From Anaeromyxobacteraceae bacterium (lineage in GTDB: Bacteria; Myxococcota; Myxococcia; Myxococcales; Anaeromyxobacteraceae): 64,000 bases of DNA. Positions 11,153 to 22,844 of the stretch are shown piece by piece. Numbering within the stretch: the stretch's first letter is position 1; each line of letters starts with the position of its first letter. A program made the translations under genes and the position numbers. Under the pieces are notes generated by a model that had not been told where the DNA came from, searched no databases, and saw only the letters and a list, made by a program, of their open reading frames with translations. Location of the stretch: NCBI GenBank assembly GCA_032654565.1, contig JAULAX010000018.1, positions 384,001 through 448,000 on the forward strand, given 5' to 3'.

Positions 11153-13210
11153 CTACTTCTTCCCCGGCTTCAGCTCGTCGACGATCCGCTGGGCGCCGTA
11201 GATCTTCCGCAGCGCCTCGATGAGCGCGGTGCTCTCCACGGCCACGGTGCGGTTGGTGGCCTCGTCGAAGCCGAACTCGCCGCCCAGCGAGCGGATGTTC
11301 CCGTCGAACACCAGGCCGACCACCTCGCCGTCCTTGTTCACCAGGGGGGAGCCGGAGTTCCCGCCGATGATGTCGTTGGTGGTGACCACGTTGAACGGGG
11401 TCTTCAGGTCCAGCGTGGCCTTGGCGTCGAGCCAGGACTTCGGCAGCGCGAACGGGTCGCGGCCGGTGTGGCGCTCGAAGGCGCCGGCGAAGGTGGTGAC
11501 CGGGGCGACCATGGCCCCGGCCTCCATCCAGCCCTTGACCCGGCCGTAGGAGAGCCGGAGCGTGAAGGTGGCGTCCGGGTAGGTGGAGGTGCCGTAGACC
11601 GCGAAGCGGGCCTTGGCGATGATCTCGGCGTTGCGCTTCTGCACCGCCTCGATCTCGTCCTCCACCTTCTTGCGGATGGCGCGGCCGTCCCCGTCCACCT
11701 TGAGGGCCAGGGCCAGGAAGAGGTCCTCCTTGGCGGCCTCGGCCACCGCCGCCTGGCCTCCCTCCCAGAGCTGCTTGCGGAAGGCGACGTCCTTGAGCCT
11801 GGTCCCCTTCACCAGCCGGGTGGCCAGCTCCTCGGGCGACTCCGGGCCGAGCACCTTCTTCACGTACGGGTGGTCGGGGCCGAGCTTCTCGCGCATCTTG
11901 GTCAGCGACCAGGTGAGCGAGAAGATCTCGAACTCGTCGTAGATGGGGGCGGGGGAGAAGAGCCCCTGGGTCAGGGCCGGCAGCGAGGCGTCGCTGTACT
12001 CCGGGAGCCGCTGCTCGTTGGCCTTGGGGCGCTCCTCGCCGGCGCGGACCAGGCCGCGGGCGATGCGGAAGAGGCGGCCGGAGAAGGCGCCGCCGCCCTG
12101 GTAGGCGTAGGCCTTGGACTGGAGCTTGTACTCGGCGGTGGCCTTGGCCACGGCGTCGAAGGAGGCCAGGGCGCCGGCCCGGGCCGGGTCCCTGGCCAGC
12201 GCCGCCTTGAAGGCCTCCTCGGCCGCCACCTTGGTGGCGAAGAAGGCCTTGTCGCCGATGGCCTCCCAGCGGCCGCGCAGCGCCTTCAGGCCGTTCTCGA
12301 CGCCGAAGAGGGCCCCCTTGGAGTGGCGGGCCTGCTCGGCGCCGCGCCGGGCGTACTCGGTGAGGAGGCCGCGGAACTCGCTCATGTCGATGAGCCGCTC
12401 CGGCAGCGCGGTGTCGCGCTGGTACTCCAGCTCGGCCACGGTGAGGAGCCGCTGGGTGCCGCCGGGGTGGCCGGAGACGAAGGTGAGGTCGCCGTCCCTG
12501 GCCCCGGCGGCCGACCACGCGAGGTAGTGCGGGGTGGGGGCCGGGGCGTCCTTCTCGTAGACCCGCACGAAGCTGACGTCGAGGTCGTAGCGGGGGAACA
12601 TGAAGTTGTCGGGGTCGCCGCCGAAGAAGGCGATCGACTCCTCGGGGGCCATCACCAGCCGCACGTCCTGGTAGCGCTTGTAGGTGTAGAGGTCGTAGCG
12701 GCCGCCCTGGTAGAGGGTGACCACGTCGCAGCGGAGCGAGGGGTCGGTCTGGCACTCCTTGGTGATGCGGGCCATCTCGCCGCGCTGGGCGTCGTTGAAG
12801 GCCTTTCCCTCCAGGCCGCCGGTCGCCTTGCCGAGCCGGGCGGTGACGTCCTCGATGCGGACGAGCTGGTTCAGCTCCAGGGCCGGGCACTTCAGCTCGG
12901 CGGCCTGCGTCCTGGCGAGGAAGCCGTCGGCGATGAAGTCCTTCCCCGGCCCGGAGAGCTGCTCGATGCAGCCGCGGGCGCAGTGGTGGTTGGTCATCAC
13001 CAGGCCGCGGCTGGAGACGAAGCTGGCCGAGCAGCCCTGGGCCAGGCGCGCCGAGGAGAGCCGGACGTGGTCGAGCCAGGCGTCGGTGACCTTCACGCCG
13101 TAGGCCTTCTCGACCTTGTCCTTGGGGAAGTTGTTGAAGGTCCACATCCCCTCGTCGGCGCCGGCCAGCGCCGGGGCGACGAGGAGGGTGACGAGCAGCA
13201 GTCGCTTCAT
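11153..13210 (-). CDS. S46 family dipeptidyl peptidase
   Basis: Signal peptide then DEGMW, TNHHC, DIIGGNSGSP, GLVFDGN. Confidence 0.93.
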   Translation of the reverse strand: MKRLLLVTLLVAPALAGADEGMWTFNNFPKDKVEKAYGVKVTDAWLDHVRLSSARLAQGCSASFVSSRGLVMTNHHCARGCIEQLSGPGKDFIADGFLARTQAAELKCPALELNQLVRIEDVTARLGKATGGLEGKAFNDAQRGEMARITKECQTDPSLRCDVVTLYQGGRYDLYTYKRYQDVRLVMAPEESIAFFGGDPDNFMFPRYDLDVSFVRVYEKDAPAPTPHYLAWSAAGARDGDLTFVSGHPGGTQRLLTVAELEYQRDTALPERLIDMSEFRGLLTEYARRGAEQARHSKGALFGVENGLKALRGRWEAIGDKAFFATKVAAEEAFKAALARDPARAGALASFDAVAKATAEYKLQSKAYAYQGGGAFSGRLFRIARGLVRAGEERPKANEQRLPEYSDASLPALTQGLFSPAPIYDEFEIFSLTWSLTKMREKLGPDHPYVKKVLGPESPEELATRLVKGTRLKDVAFRKQLWEGGQAAVAEAAKEDLFLALALKVDGDGRAIRKKVEDEIEAVQKRNAEIIAKARFAVYGTSTYPDATFTLRLSYGRVKGWMEAGAMVAPVTTFAGAFERHTGRDPFALPKSWLDAKATLDLKTPFNVVTTNDIIGGNSGSPLVNKDGEVVGLVFDGNIRSLGGEFGFDEATNRTVAVESTALIEALRKIYGAQRIVDELKPGKK

Positions 13211-13370
13211 GTCGGTGGTTCTCCGGTGGAATGACCAGGCGGGACCCGCCGTGGCGGGTCTGGTGGTTCGATGGAAAACAGAGGCGGGGCGGGCCGTTTC
13301 GTGACGCCCGGAGAGGGAACTTCGCCGCCGGCTCGCCCCGGACCCCGGGGTGGGTTAAAATCCCCGGTCC

Positions 13371-15068
13371 ATGAACCGCAACCGGCTCAAGCTCTGGCTT
13401 TACATGCTCCTTTTCGCCGTCGCGGGGGCGGCCAACCTCTTCGGGCTCACCGGCGACCTGGCGGTGCGGGCGCTGCGGGGGGCCGACGATACCCTCCAGG
13501 TCGGCGCCTCCCACCTGCGCGACGCCGAGCGGTTGATGGCCAGCGAGGCGGCGGCCGTCACCGGGTTGGCGGTCAAGAACGCCAGCTTGCTCGAGACCCT
13601 CTTCGCCACCCCGCCGCGGTCCGACCCCGGCGGCAAGAAGAAGGGCAAGGCCACGCCGCCTCGCGAGGAGGGGGCCGACGGCGAGGCCCGCTGGGCCGCC
13701 AACGAGGCGGCGGCCAAGGTGGCGATCGAGGAGGCGGCCACCCGGCTCGGCATCACCCTGCCGCCCAACGCCTTCTGGGCGGTGGCCAACCAGGAGTGGC
13801 TGCGCAAGAAGATGCCGGCCGCCCTGCAGGATCCCCAGCGCAAGGAGGAGGCCGCCTTCCTGCGCGACGCCGCCACCGGGACCCCCCGGCGCGGCTACGT
13901 GCGGGTCAACGACGGGCTCTGGTACGGCGTCGGCTACCCGGCCGGAGAGGGGGCGGCGCTGGTGCTCTTCATGCCGCTCGACCTGCGCTGGGCCACCACC
14001 ATGGCCGCCTCCAGCGGGGTCGACGTCACCCTCGACGTCGGCACCCCGCAGCTGGTGACCACCACCCAGCCCGACCTGGCCCGGCGGCTGGCGAAGAGCG
14101 CCACCGCCGCGCCCAAGGTCCCGGTCAGCGAGGGGACGGCGCCGCCGGTGCTGCTGGAGCAGCCCTTCAAGATCCGCGTGCCGGTGCTCTTCGTGAAGGC
14201 GCCGGCGGCGCGGGCGCTGGCCGTGCCGCTCTCCGGCCTGGCCAAGGGCTACCTGGTCCTCTCCGTCCCCACCGTCGGCTACTTCAGCGACCTGGCGCGC
14301 TACCAGTGGACGCTGATCACCATCCTCTCGGCGCTGCTGGTGGTCGGGCTGCTGCTCGGCGTGCTGGTCAAGACCGACGTGCTGCCGGTGGTGCCGGCCT
14401 CGCTGGTGGCGGCCGCCAGCAAGATCGAGCGGGGCGACTACTCGGCCCGGGCCCCGGAGTTCCTCGGCGCCCTCGGCACCGTCGCCGGCGCGCTCAACAA
14501 GGCTGCGGCCGCCGCCGAGGCGGGGGCGGTCCGGCTCACCAGCGGAGACCCCTTCTCGGCCGACGCCGGGGCGCAGAAGTTCAACCTGCCGGCCGAGCCG
14601 AGCTTCACCTTCCCGGCGCCGGCCCCGGCCCCTGCGGCCAGCGCCGCCGGGACGGCCGAGGTTCGCGACGGCGGCGCCAAGCCTCCCGCCGGGACCGGCT
14701 TCTCCATCTCGGCGCTGGAGGCCGAGCCGCAGCCCATCCCTCCCCCCCCGGCGCCTCCCCCGGCGCCCGCGCTCGCGCCGCCTCCCGCCGCGCCGCGTCC
14801 CACCGCCACCTCCCTGTTCCAGGCGGTCACCCCCCCGGCCGCGGTCGAGGAGAGCGACGAGGATCACTGGCACAGCATCCACACCGAGTTCCTGCGGGTC
14901 CGGGCCGAGTGCGGCGAGCCGGTCGACGGGCTGGGCTACGAGCGGTTCCGCCCCAAGCTGGAGAAGAACAAGCAGCAGCTGGTCGAGAAGCACGGCTGCC
15001 GGACCGTCCGCTTCAGCGTCTACGTGAAGGACGGCAAGGCGGCGCTGCGGGCCACCCCGGTCAAATAG
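13371..15068 (+). CDS. Myxobacterial membrane protein with HAMP-like segment and MXAN_5187-type C-terminal domain
   Basis: Two TMs, Pro/Ala linker, C-terminal YERFRPKL...VRFSVYVKDGKAALRATP. Confidence 0.7.
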   Translation: MNRNRLKLWLYMLLFAVAGAANLFGLTGDLAVRALRGADDTLQVGASHLRDAERLMASEAAAVTGLAVKNASLLETLFATPPRSDPGGKKKGKATPPREEGADGEARWAANEAAAKVAIEEAATRLGITLPPNAFWAVANQEWLRKKMPAALQDPQRKEEAAFLRDAATGTPRRGYVRVNDGLWYGVGYPAGEGAALVLFMPLDLRWATTMAASSGVDVTLDVGTPQLVTTTQPDLARRLAKSATAAPKVPVSEGTAPPVLLEQPFKIRVPVLFVKAPAARALAVPLSGLAKGYLVLSVPTVGYFSDLARYQWTLITILSALLVVGLLLGVLVKTDVLPVVPASLVAAASKIERGDYSARAPEFLGALGTVAGALNKAAAAAEAGAVRLTSGDPFSADAGAQKFNLPAEPSFTFPAPAPAPAASAAGTAEVRDGGAKPPAGTGFSISALEAEPQPIPPPPAPPPAPALAPPPAAPRPTATSLFQAVTPPAAVEESDEDHWHSIHTEFLRVRAECGEPVDGLGYERFRPKLEKNKQQLVEKHGCRTVRFSVYVKDGKAALRATPVK

Positions 15069-15099
15069 GCCGAGGCGGAGGAGGAGCGCTCCGGGTCCT

Positions 15100-17721
15100 C
15101 TAGCGGTCGTCGAGGAAGAAGTTCTGCGGCGGGCTGACCGGCCTGGAGCTCACCGCCTCGGTCGGCGCCGTGCCGGCCACGAACGACATGGGCGGCTCCT
15201 CCGGCTGCCCCGGCTTCGGCTCGGCCGCCAGCAGGCCGGTGGCCGGGTCGATGCGGGCCAGCTGGACCCCCTCCGGCGCCAGGAACTCCATGGCCGGACG
15301 ATCGCCCAGGGCCCCGGTCATGAAGGCCAGCCAGGCGGGCAGCGCCGCGCCGCCGCCGGTCTCGCGGGGGCCGAGCGGGCCGTGGTCGTCGAAGCCGACC
15401 CAGACGCCGGCCACCAGCTCCGGCGTGTAGCCGACGAACCAGGCGTCGCGGTGCTCCTGGGCGGTGCCGGTCTTGGCGGCGGCCGGGCGGCCCAGCGCCT
15501 TGGCGCCGACGCCGGTGCCGTGCTCGACGACGGCGCGGAGCATGTCGGTGAGCACGAAGGCCACCTCGGGGCGTGTGCCGGTGGCCGGGATGGTGAAGTC
15601 GGGCGGCGGCGGGGCGTCGCCGCCGGGCCCCGCCGGGGGAGACGGGGCGTCGGTCGTGGCGGCGGCCACCGGCGTTCCCTCCGGGCGGACGGGCTCGGAC
15701 GGGGAGGGGGGCGGCGCCGGGGGCTCGGTGGACGGCGGCCAGGTCTCCAGGACGTTGCCGTCACGGTCGGCCACCTCCAGCACGAAGGCGGGCGGCTGGA
15801 AGCGCCCCTGGGCGGCGATGCTGGTGTAGGCATTGGTCAGCTCAAGCGGCGTCACCTCGCCGGTGCCGAGCGCCAGGGTCAGGTTGCGCGGCAGGTCGCT
15901 GTCGATCCCCATGCGCCGGGCGAAGGCGATCACCGCGTCCGGACCCAGCGCGTCGGTCAGCTTCACCGACACGGTGTTCTTGGAGTGGGCCAGCGCGCTC
16001 TTCAGCAGCATGGGGCCGTCGAACTGGTCGCGCTCGAAGTTGCGCGGCTTCCACTCCTTGCCGGTCCAGGGGTCGCGGTAGAGGTCGGGGGTGTCGTAGA
16101 CCAGCGTGGCCGGCGTGAAGCGGCGCGACTCGATGGCCGCGCCCCAGACGAAGGCCTTGAACGAGCTGCCGGGCTGGCGCCTGGCCTGGGTGGCCCGGTT
16201 GAACTGGGAGCGCAGGGCGCCGGCGCCGCCCACCAGGGCCCGCACCTGGCGCGAGGTCGGGTCGATGGCCACCAGCGCCCCCTGCACCCTGGGGCGCTGC
16301 TCCAGGGAGAGGGCCAGCGCCTTCCCGGCGCGCGCCGCCACCTCCGGCGGCCGGCCCGCGGGCAGCACCCTCGCCAGCACCACGTCGCCCGGCGCCAGCA
16401 CCTGGCGGGCGTTGCGCGGCGCCGCGGTGCCGCCCTGCGGGTTCCACTTGCGGGCCCAGCCGAGGTCGGAGAAGGGGATGGCGCCGGTGACGCCGCCCAG
16501 GTCGAGCGTGGCCTTCCGGTCGTCGACGGCGGTGACCAGCGCCGCGTAGACGCCGTCGGCCTGGAGCGGCCGGAGCCTGATCATCTTGCGCAGGTCGGCG
16601 GCGGCCGGATCGGCGTCCGGGTCGAGCTCCTCGGGGTCCACCGAGGCCAGGTCCCAGACCAGCAGCGGCCCGCCGCGCCCGGAGGCCGCGGCCAGCCGCT
16701 CGCGCCAGGCGGGGAGGGCGGTGGCCAGCTGCTCGGCGGTGAGCGTGAGCAACGGCCCGCGCCACCCCTGGCGCCGATCCACCAGCCGCAGGTCGGCCTC
16801 CAGCGACGCCTCGCCGAGGCGCTGCAGGGCGGGGTCCATGGCCACCTTGACCACCAGCCCGTCGGTCTCGACCCGGTCGACGCCGTAGCGGGCGTCGAGG
16901 TAGCGGCGGACCACGTCGGCGTACGAGGCGCCGGAGGGCTCCGGCGCCGGGGGGGCCACGGTGATGGGGCGGGCCACCTCGGCGGCGGCCTGCGCGGCGG
17001 TGATGAAGCCGTCCTCGGCCATCCGCTTCAGCACGTAGGCCTGCCGGGCCTTGGCGGCCTGGGGGTGGGCCACCGGGGAGAGGCGGGCCGGTGACTGGAT
17101 GGTCCCGGCCAGCGCCGCTGCCTCGCCCAGCGTCAGCGCGGCGACCGGCTTCCCGAAGTAGTACCGGCTGGCCTCCTCGACCCCGTAGCGCCGGTGCCCG
17201 AGGTAGATCTGGTTCAGGTAGAGCCAGAGGATCTCGTCCTTCTGCAGGTTCTGCTCCAGCCGCGGCGCCAGCACCAGCTCCTTCACCTTGCGCTTGTACC
17301 GCCAGTCATTGGAGAGCAGGAAGGTCTTCACCACCTGCTGGGTGATGGTGGAGCCGCCGCAGCGCATCCGGCCGCCCAGCACGCCGCGCACCACGCAGCG
17401 GAACATCGCCAGGTAGTTGATCCCCTCGTGCTGGTAGAAGCGGGCATCCTCGGCGGAGATCACCGCCTGCTTGAGCACCAGCGGGATCTGCTCGATGGGG
17501 ACCACGGTGCGCCGCTCGCGGGCGAAGGAGAACACCTCGCTGCCGTCGCTCCCCAGCGCCCGGGTGGCCACCAGGGGGCGGTAGTCCTTGAGGGTGTCGA
17601 AGGCCGGCAGCTCGCGGGTCCAGAGCCAGAAGACCAGCGCCCCCACGGCGGCGCCCAGCCCGGCCAGCGCGGCCAGCGCGAGGGCGACACGTCGGAGGGT
17701 GCGGCGGCGGGTCCAGGACAC
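15100..17721 (-). CDS. mrcA: Class A penicillin-binding protein 1A
   Basis: Transglycosylase EDARFYQHEG, GGSTITQQ; transpeptidase SSFK, SKN, KTGT. Confidence 0.92.
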   Translation of the reverse strand: MSWTRRRTLRRVALALAALAGLGAAVGALVFWLWTRELPAFDTLKDYRPLVATRALGSDGSEVFSFARERRTVVPIEQIPLVLKQAVISAEDARFYQHEGINYLAMFRCVVRGVLGGRMRCGGSTITQQVVKTFLLSNDWRYKRKVKELVLAPRLEQNLQKDEILWLYLNQIYLGHRRYGVEEASRYYFGKPVAALTLGEAAALAGTIQSPARLSPVAHPQAAKARQAYVLKRMAEDGFITAAQAAAEVARPITVAPPAPEPSGASYADVVRRYLDARYGVDRVETDGLVVKVAMDPALQRLGEASLEADLRLVDRRQGWRGPLLTLTAEQLATALPAWRERLAAASGRGGPLLVWDLASVDPEELDPDADPAAADLRKMIRLRPLQADGVYAALVTAVDDRKATLDLGGVTGAIPFSDLGWARKWNPQGGTAAPRNARQVLAPGDVVLARVLPAGRPPEVAARAGKALALSLEQRPRVQGALVAIDPTSRQVRALVGGAGALRSQFNRATQARRQPGSSFKAFVWGAAIESRRFTPATLVYDTPDLYRDPWTGKEWKPRNFERDQFDGPMLLKSALAHSKNTVSVKLTDALGPDAVIAFARRMGIDSDLPRNLTLALGTGEVTPLELTNAYTSIAAQGRFQPPAFVLEVADRDGNVLETWPPSTEPPAPPPSPSEPVRPEGTPVAAATTDAPSPPAGPGGDAPPPPDFTIPATGTRPEVAFVLTDMLRAVVEHGTGVGAKALGRPAAAKTGTAQEHRDAWFVGYTPELVAGVWVGFDDHGPLGPRETGGGAALPAWLAFMTGALGDRPAMEFLAPEGVQLARIDPATGLLAAEPKPGQPEEPPMSFVAGTAPTEAVSSRPVSPPQNFFLDDR

Positions 17722-17884
17722 GATGGGGCGGCACCATAGCGCCGGGGCGGGAGGTGCTCAACGTTTCCCCGGCTCCAGGAGTGAAGGGTCGAGGGGCGGC
17801 AGAAATTCCCCTGTCGCGCGTTGCTTTGGAGGAAGATGCGGGGGCTTCATCCACCCGCCCCACCGCCCCCTGGGAGGTCTCTCC

Positions 17885-18547
17885 ATGCGTCGCGCCTCGA
17901 TCTTCGCCGCCCTCTGCTTCGTCGCCGCCCTCACCGGCTGCCCCTCGCCTCCCAAGAACGGGGAGTGCAAGTCGTCCAAGGATTGCGAGGCCCAGGCCGG
18001 GTTCGGCAAGATCTGCGTCTCTGGCCAGTGCGCCGAGTGCGCCGCCGACGCCGACTGCAAGGACGGCTTCACCTGCAAGGCGAACCGGTGCGAGCCCAAG
18101 CCCGCCCCGGTGGCCGCCGCGCCCAAGCCGGAGTGCGTCGCCGACGGCGAGTGCGGCAGCGGCAAGGGCTGCCAGGCCGGCAAGTGCGTCAGCACCATCG
18201 ACCCCTCCTGCGCCGACGCCGCCGCCTTCACCGTCCGCTTCGGCTTCGACCAGTCGACCGTCGCCGGGGACGCCACCGCGTCGCTGCAGAAGCTGGCCGC
18301 ATGCCTGGCCAAGGCGCCGGCCCGCCGGGTGCAGGTCGAGGGGCACGCCGACGACCGCGGCACCACCCAGTACAACATGGCCCTGGGGAAGCGCCGGGCC
18401 GAGTCGGTGAAGAAGTACCTGGGCGACCTCGGCGTCGCCGGCGCCGTCGACACCACCACCTACGGCAAGGAGCAGCCGCTCTGCCGCGAGCCCACCGAGG
18501 CCTGCTGGGCCCGCAACCGGCGCGCCGAGTTCAGGGTCGAGCGCTGA
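17885..18547 (+). CDS. Pal/OmpA-family lipoprotein with Cys-rich repeats
   Basis: Lipobox LTGC; OmpA-C motifs VEGHADDRGT..YNMALGKRRA and CWARNRRAEF. Confidence 0.88.
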   Translation: MRRASIFAALCFVAALTGCPSPPKNGECKSSKDCEAQAGFGKICVSGQCAECAADADCKDGFTCKANRCEPKPAPVAAAPKPECVADGECGSGKGCQAGKCVSTIDPSCADAAAFTVRFGFDQSTVAGDATASLQKLAACLAKAPARRVQVEGHADDRGTTQYNMALGKRRAESVKKYLGDLGVAGAVDTTTYGKEQPLCREPTEACWARNRRAEFRVER

Positions 18548-19407
18548 TGATCCTCCGCCGCGCCGCCGCGCCGGCGTTGCTGCTGGCCCTCACCGGCTGC
18601 TGGGTCCCGCTGGAGCGGGGCCGGCAGCTGGAGGCCAGGGTGCAGCGGCTGGAGGTCGAGACCCGGGAGCAGGCCCAGGAGATGGAGGTCCAGATCCGGG
18701 AGAAGATCACCCAGGCCGACAAGAAGCTGCGCGAGGTCCAGGTCAAGCTCGACGAGCTCAACACCGCGGCCCGGGCCAAGGGGGCCGACCTGGGCGTGGC
18801 GGTGGCCAGGCTCGGCGAGGAGCTGGCGCGGGTGAAGGGCGAGCTGGAGGCCCAGGCCCACAACCTGGCCGTGCTGCAGCAGCAGGTGGCCGAGGCTGGC
18901 AAGGAGACCGAGACCAGGCTGGCCTCGCTGAAGGGGACCGGGGCGCTCGACGAGGCCATGGCCCGGCAGAAGATCGCCGAGCTGCCGAAGCCGGACGACC
19001 GGGCCGCGGTCTTCGCGCTGGCCCAGCAGCTCGAGGCGGCCGGCGACAAGGGCGTGGCCCGGGAGACCTTCCTCCACTACGTGAAGCGCTGGCCGCGCGA
19101 CGAGAAGGCGGCCGAGGCCACCTACCGCGCCGGGCACCTGCTGGCCCTCCAGGGGAAGTGGCGAGAGGCGGTGGTGGTCTTCGGCAAGGTGGCCGAGGAC
19201 TTCCCGAAGTCGGAGCGGGCCCCGGAGGCGCTGCTGCAGGTGGCCGAGGGGCTGGTCCAGCTCGACCGCCGCGAGGACGCCCGGGGGTTGCTGGAGCAGC
19301 TCATGGCCGACCACCCCAAGTCCGACGCCGCCCGGAAGGCCAAGGCCCGGCTGGCCGAGCTCTTCCCGGCCAAGGACGCCAGGAAGGCGCCGCCGAAGAA
19401 GAAGTAG
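18547..19407 (+). CDS. CpoB/YbgF-like lipoprotein (coiled coil + TPR)
   Basis: Lipobox LTGC, coiled coil, TPR-like FPKSERAPEALL; TGATG overlap with the Pal-like gene. Confidence 0.8.
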   Translation: MILRRAAAPALLLALTGCWVPLERGRQLEARVQRLEVETREQAQEMEVQIREKITQADKKLREVQVKLDELNTAARAKGADLGVAVARLGEELARVKGELEAQAHNLAVLQQQVAEAGKETETRLASLKGTGALDEAMARQKIAELPKPDDRAAVFALAQQLEAAGDKGVARETFLHYVKRWPRDEKAAEATYRAGHLLALQGKWREAVVVFGKVAEDFPKSERAPEALLQVAEGLVQLDRREDARGLLEQLMADHPKSDAARKAKARLAELFPAKDARKAPPKKK

Positions 19408-19411
19408 GGCC

Positions 19412-21073
<1,662 letters not shown>

Positions 21074-21430
21074 GGTCAACTCCTGGTCCTATCCTACCGG
21101 CGGGAACTGGGACGGGAAGTGAAAACTGGCCGCGTCCCGGCCGGGGTGCGGGGCGGCGGCGACGAGTGAGGTCCAGTGCACGGACGGGGCCGCGGCACGG
21201 ACGGCCGCCAAGTGGCCGTATCTTCTACGGACCGGCCGCGGATCGGCCGGCTGAATGGCGGCCGTCCGCTGGACGGGCGGCCGAACGGCGGACCCCCCAG
21301 GTCGCGGCGCGGACGGGTCGAGGCACGGCCCCGGGGGGTACCGGGCTGGACAGGGCAGGAGACCGGCGTACGGCCCGGGTCCAGTACCAGTCCCCGGGGG
21401 GCGGACCCCGGGAGGAGGGCCGCGAGCCGG

Positions 21431-22252
21431 TCAGCCGCGGACCAGCGCCTCGAACTCCTCGTTCCCCTCCAGCGCCTCGAACATCCGGTCGGTCTCGAGC
21501 CAGGAGCGGACCTTGACCGGGTCGATGGAGAGGGCTCGCCGCAGCGCCACCAGCGCCGGGGCCGGCCGGCCCCAGAGGGCGTGCAGCCCGCCGAGGTTGT
21601 AGTTGAGGAGCAGGTCGTCGGGGCGCAGCCGGGAGGCCCCGGCGTAGGCCCGCTCCGCCTCCTCGTAGAACCCCTGCTGGGCGTAGGCGATGCCGAGGTC
21701 GAGCCAGGCGTCGAAGAGGTCGGGCGCCAGCCGCACCACCTCCTTGAGCTGGCCGATGGCGCCGCGGTACTCCCCCTCGTCGAGCAGCAGCGAGGCCAGC
21801 TCGTGGCGCGGCTGCGGATCGTCCGGGGCCTGGTCGACGGCGGTCCGCAGCGCCGCCAGGGCCTCGTCGACGCGCCCCTCGTCGGCCAGGGTCAGGCCGA
21901 GGTTGAGCTGGGCGTCCGGGAAGACCGGGTCGAGGGCGAGGGTGGTCCGGTAGGACTCCAGCGCCAGGTCGATGGCGTGGGCGTTGAGGAAGGAGGCCAG
22001 GTTGAAGTGGACGGTGGCGCTCTCGGGATCGAGCCGGAGGGCGACCAGGTGCTCGGCCAGCGCCTCCCCGAGCCGCTTCTGCTCGGCGTAGACGGTGGCC
22101 AGGTTGTCGTGGGGGTGGGAGGCGGCGGGGTCGAGCTCGATGGCCCGCTGGAACTCCTTGACCGCCTCGTCGAGCCAGCCCCGGTCGGCCAGCTCGATGC
22201 CCCGGGCGTTGTGCAGGTCGGATCGGTCGGCGGGGTCCTTGTCGCGGCTCAC
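21431..22252 (-). CDS. TPR-repeat protein
   Basis: Repeated TPR consensus along the ORF. Confidence 0.85.
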   Translation of the reverse strand: MSRDKDPADRSDLHNARGIELADRGWLDEAVKEFQRAIELDPAASHPHDNLATVYAEQKRLGEALAEHLVALRLDPESATVHFNLASFLNAHAIDLALESYRTTLALDPVFPDAQLNLGLTLADEGRVDEALAALRTAVDQAPDDPQPRHELASLLLDEGEYRGAIGQLKEVVRLAPDLFDAWLDLGIAYAQQGFYEEAERAYAGASRLRPDDLLLNYNLGGLHALWGRPAPALVALRRALSIDPVKVRSWLETDRMFEALEGNEEFEALVRG

Positions 22253-22290
22253 CCGGCGGAGTCTACTGCTTCGCGCCCCCACGGGGACCC

Positions 22291-22812
22291 ATGAACCGCC
22301 GCGTCGCCCTCATCGCCCTCCTCTCGCTGGTCGTCGCCGCCGCCGCCTGGCGGCTGACCCGCCCGGCGCCGCCCACCGACGAGCAGCTGGTCCGGGCCCT
22401 CTTCGAGGAGGCGGCCCTGGCCGCCGAGGCGGGGCGGGTCTCCGACGCCGTGGCCGGGCTCTCCGAGCGGTTCCGCGGGCAGGGGCTCGACCGGCAGGGG
22501 GTGAAGCGGCTGGTGGCGGCCACCACGCTGCGGGGCAGCTGGCGGGTGGTGCGGCTGGCCGGGCTCCGGGTGGAGGTGGCCGGCGACGCCGCCGGCGCCG
22601 TGCTCGACCTGGTGGCGACCCGCGCCGGGCCGGGGAGGTCGCTGGCCGACCTGCTCCCCGCCGACGGCAACGCCTGGCGGGTCGAGGCCCGGCTGGAGCG
22701 GGAGCCGGACGGGTGGCGCGTGGTCGGCGCCAGCTGGGCGGAGGAGTCGCTGGGGGACGCCCTGGCCGGCCCGGAGGCGGCCGGAGCGGCCCGCGACCCG
22801 GCCGCGCGTTGA
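22291..22812 (+). CDS. Exported hypothetical protein (NTF2-like fold possible)
   Basis: N-terminal hydrophobic segment; C-terminal REPDGWRVV. Confidence 0.6.
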   Translation: MNRRVALIALLSLVVAAAAWRLTRPAPPTDEQLVRALFEEAALAAEAGRVSDAVAGLSERFRGQGLDRQGVKRLVAATTLRGSWRVVRLAGLRVEVAGDAAGAVLDLVATRAGPGRSLADLLPADGNAWRVEARLEREPDGWRVVGASWAEESLGDALAGPEAAGAARDPAAR

Positions 22813-22844
22813 CGGCCCCGGCCGTTTGCGGGCACGCTCGCGCC

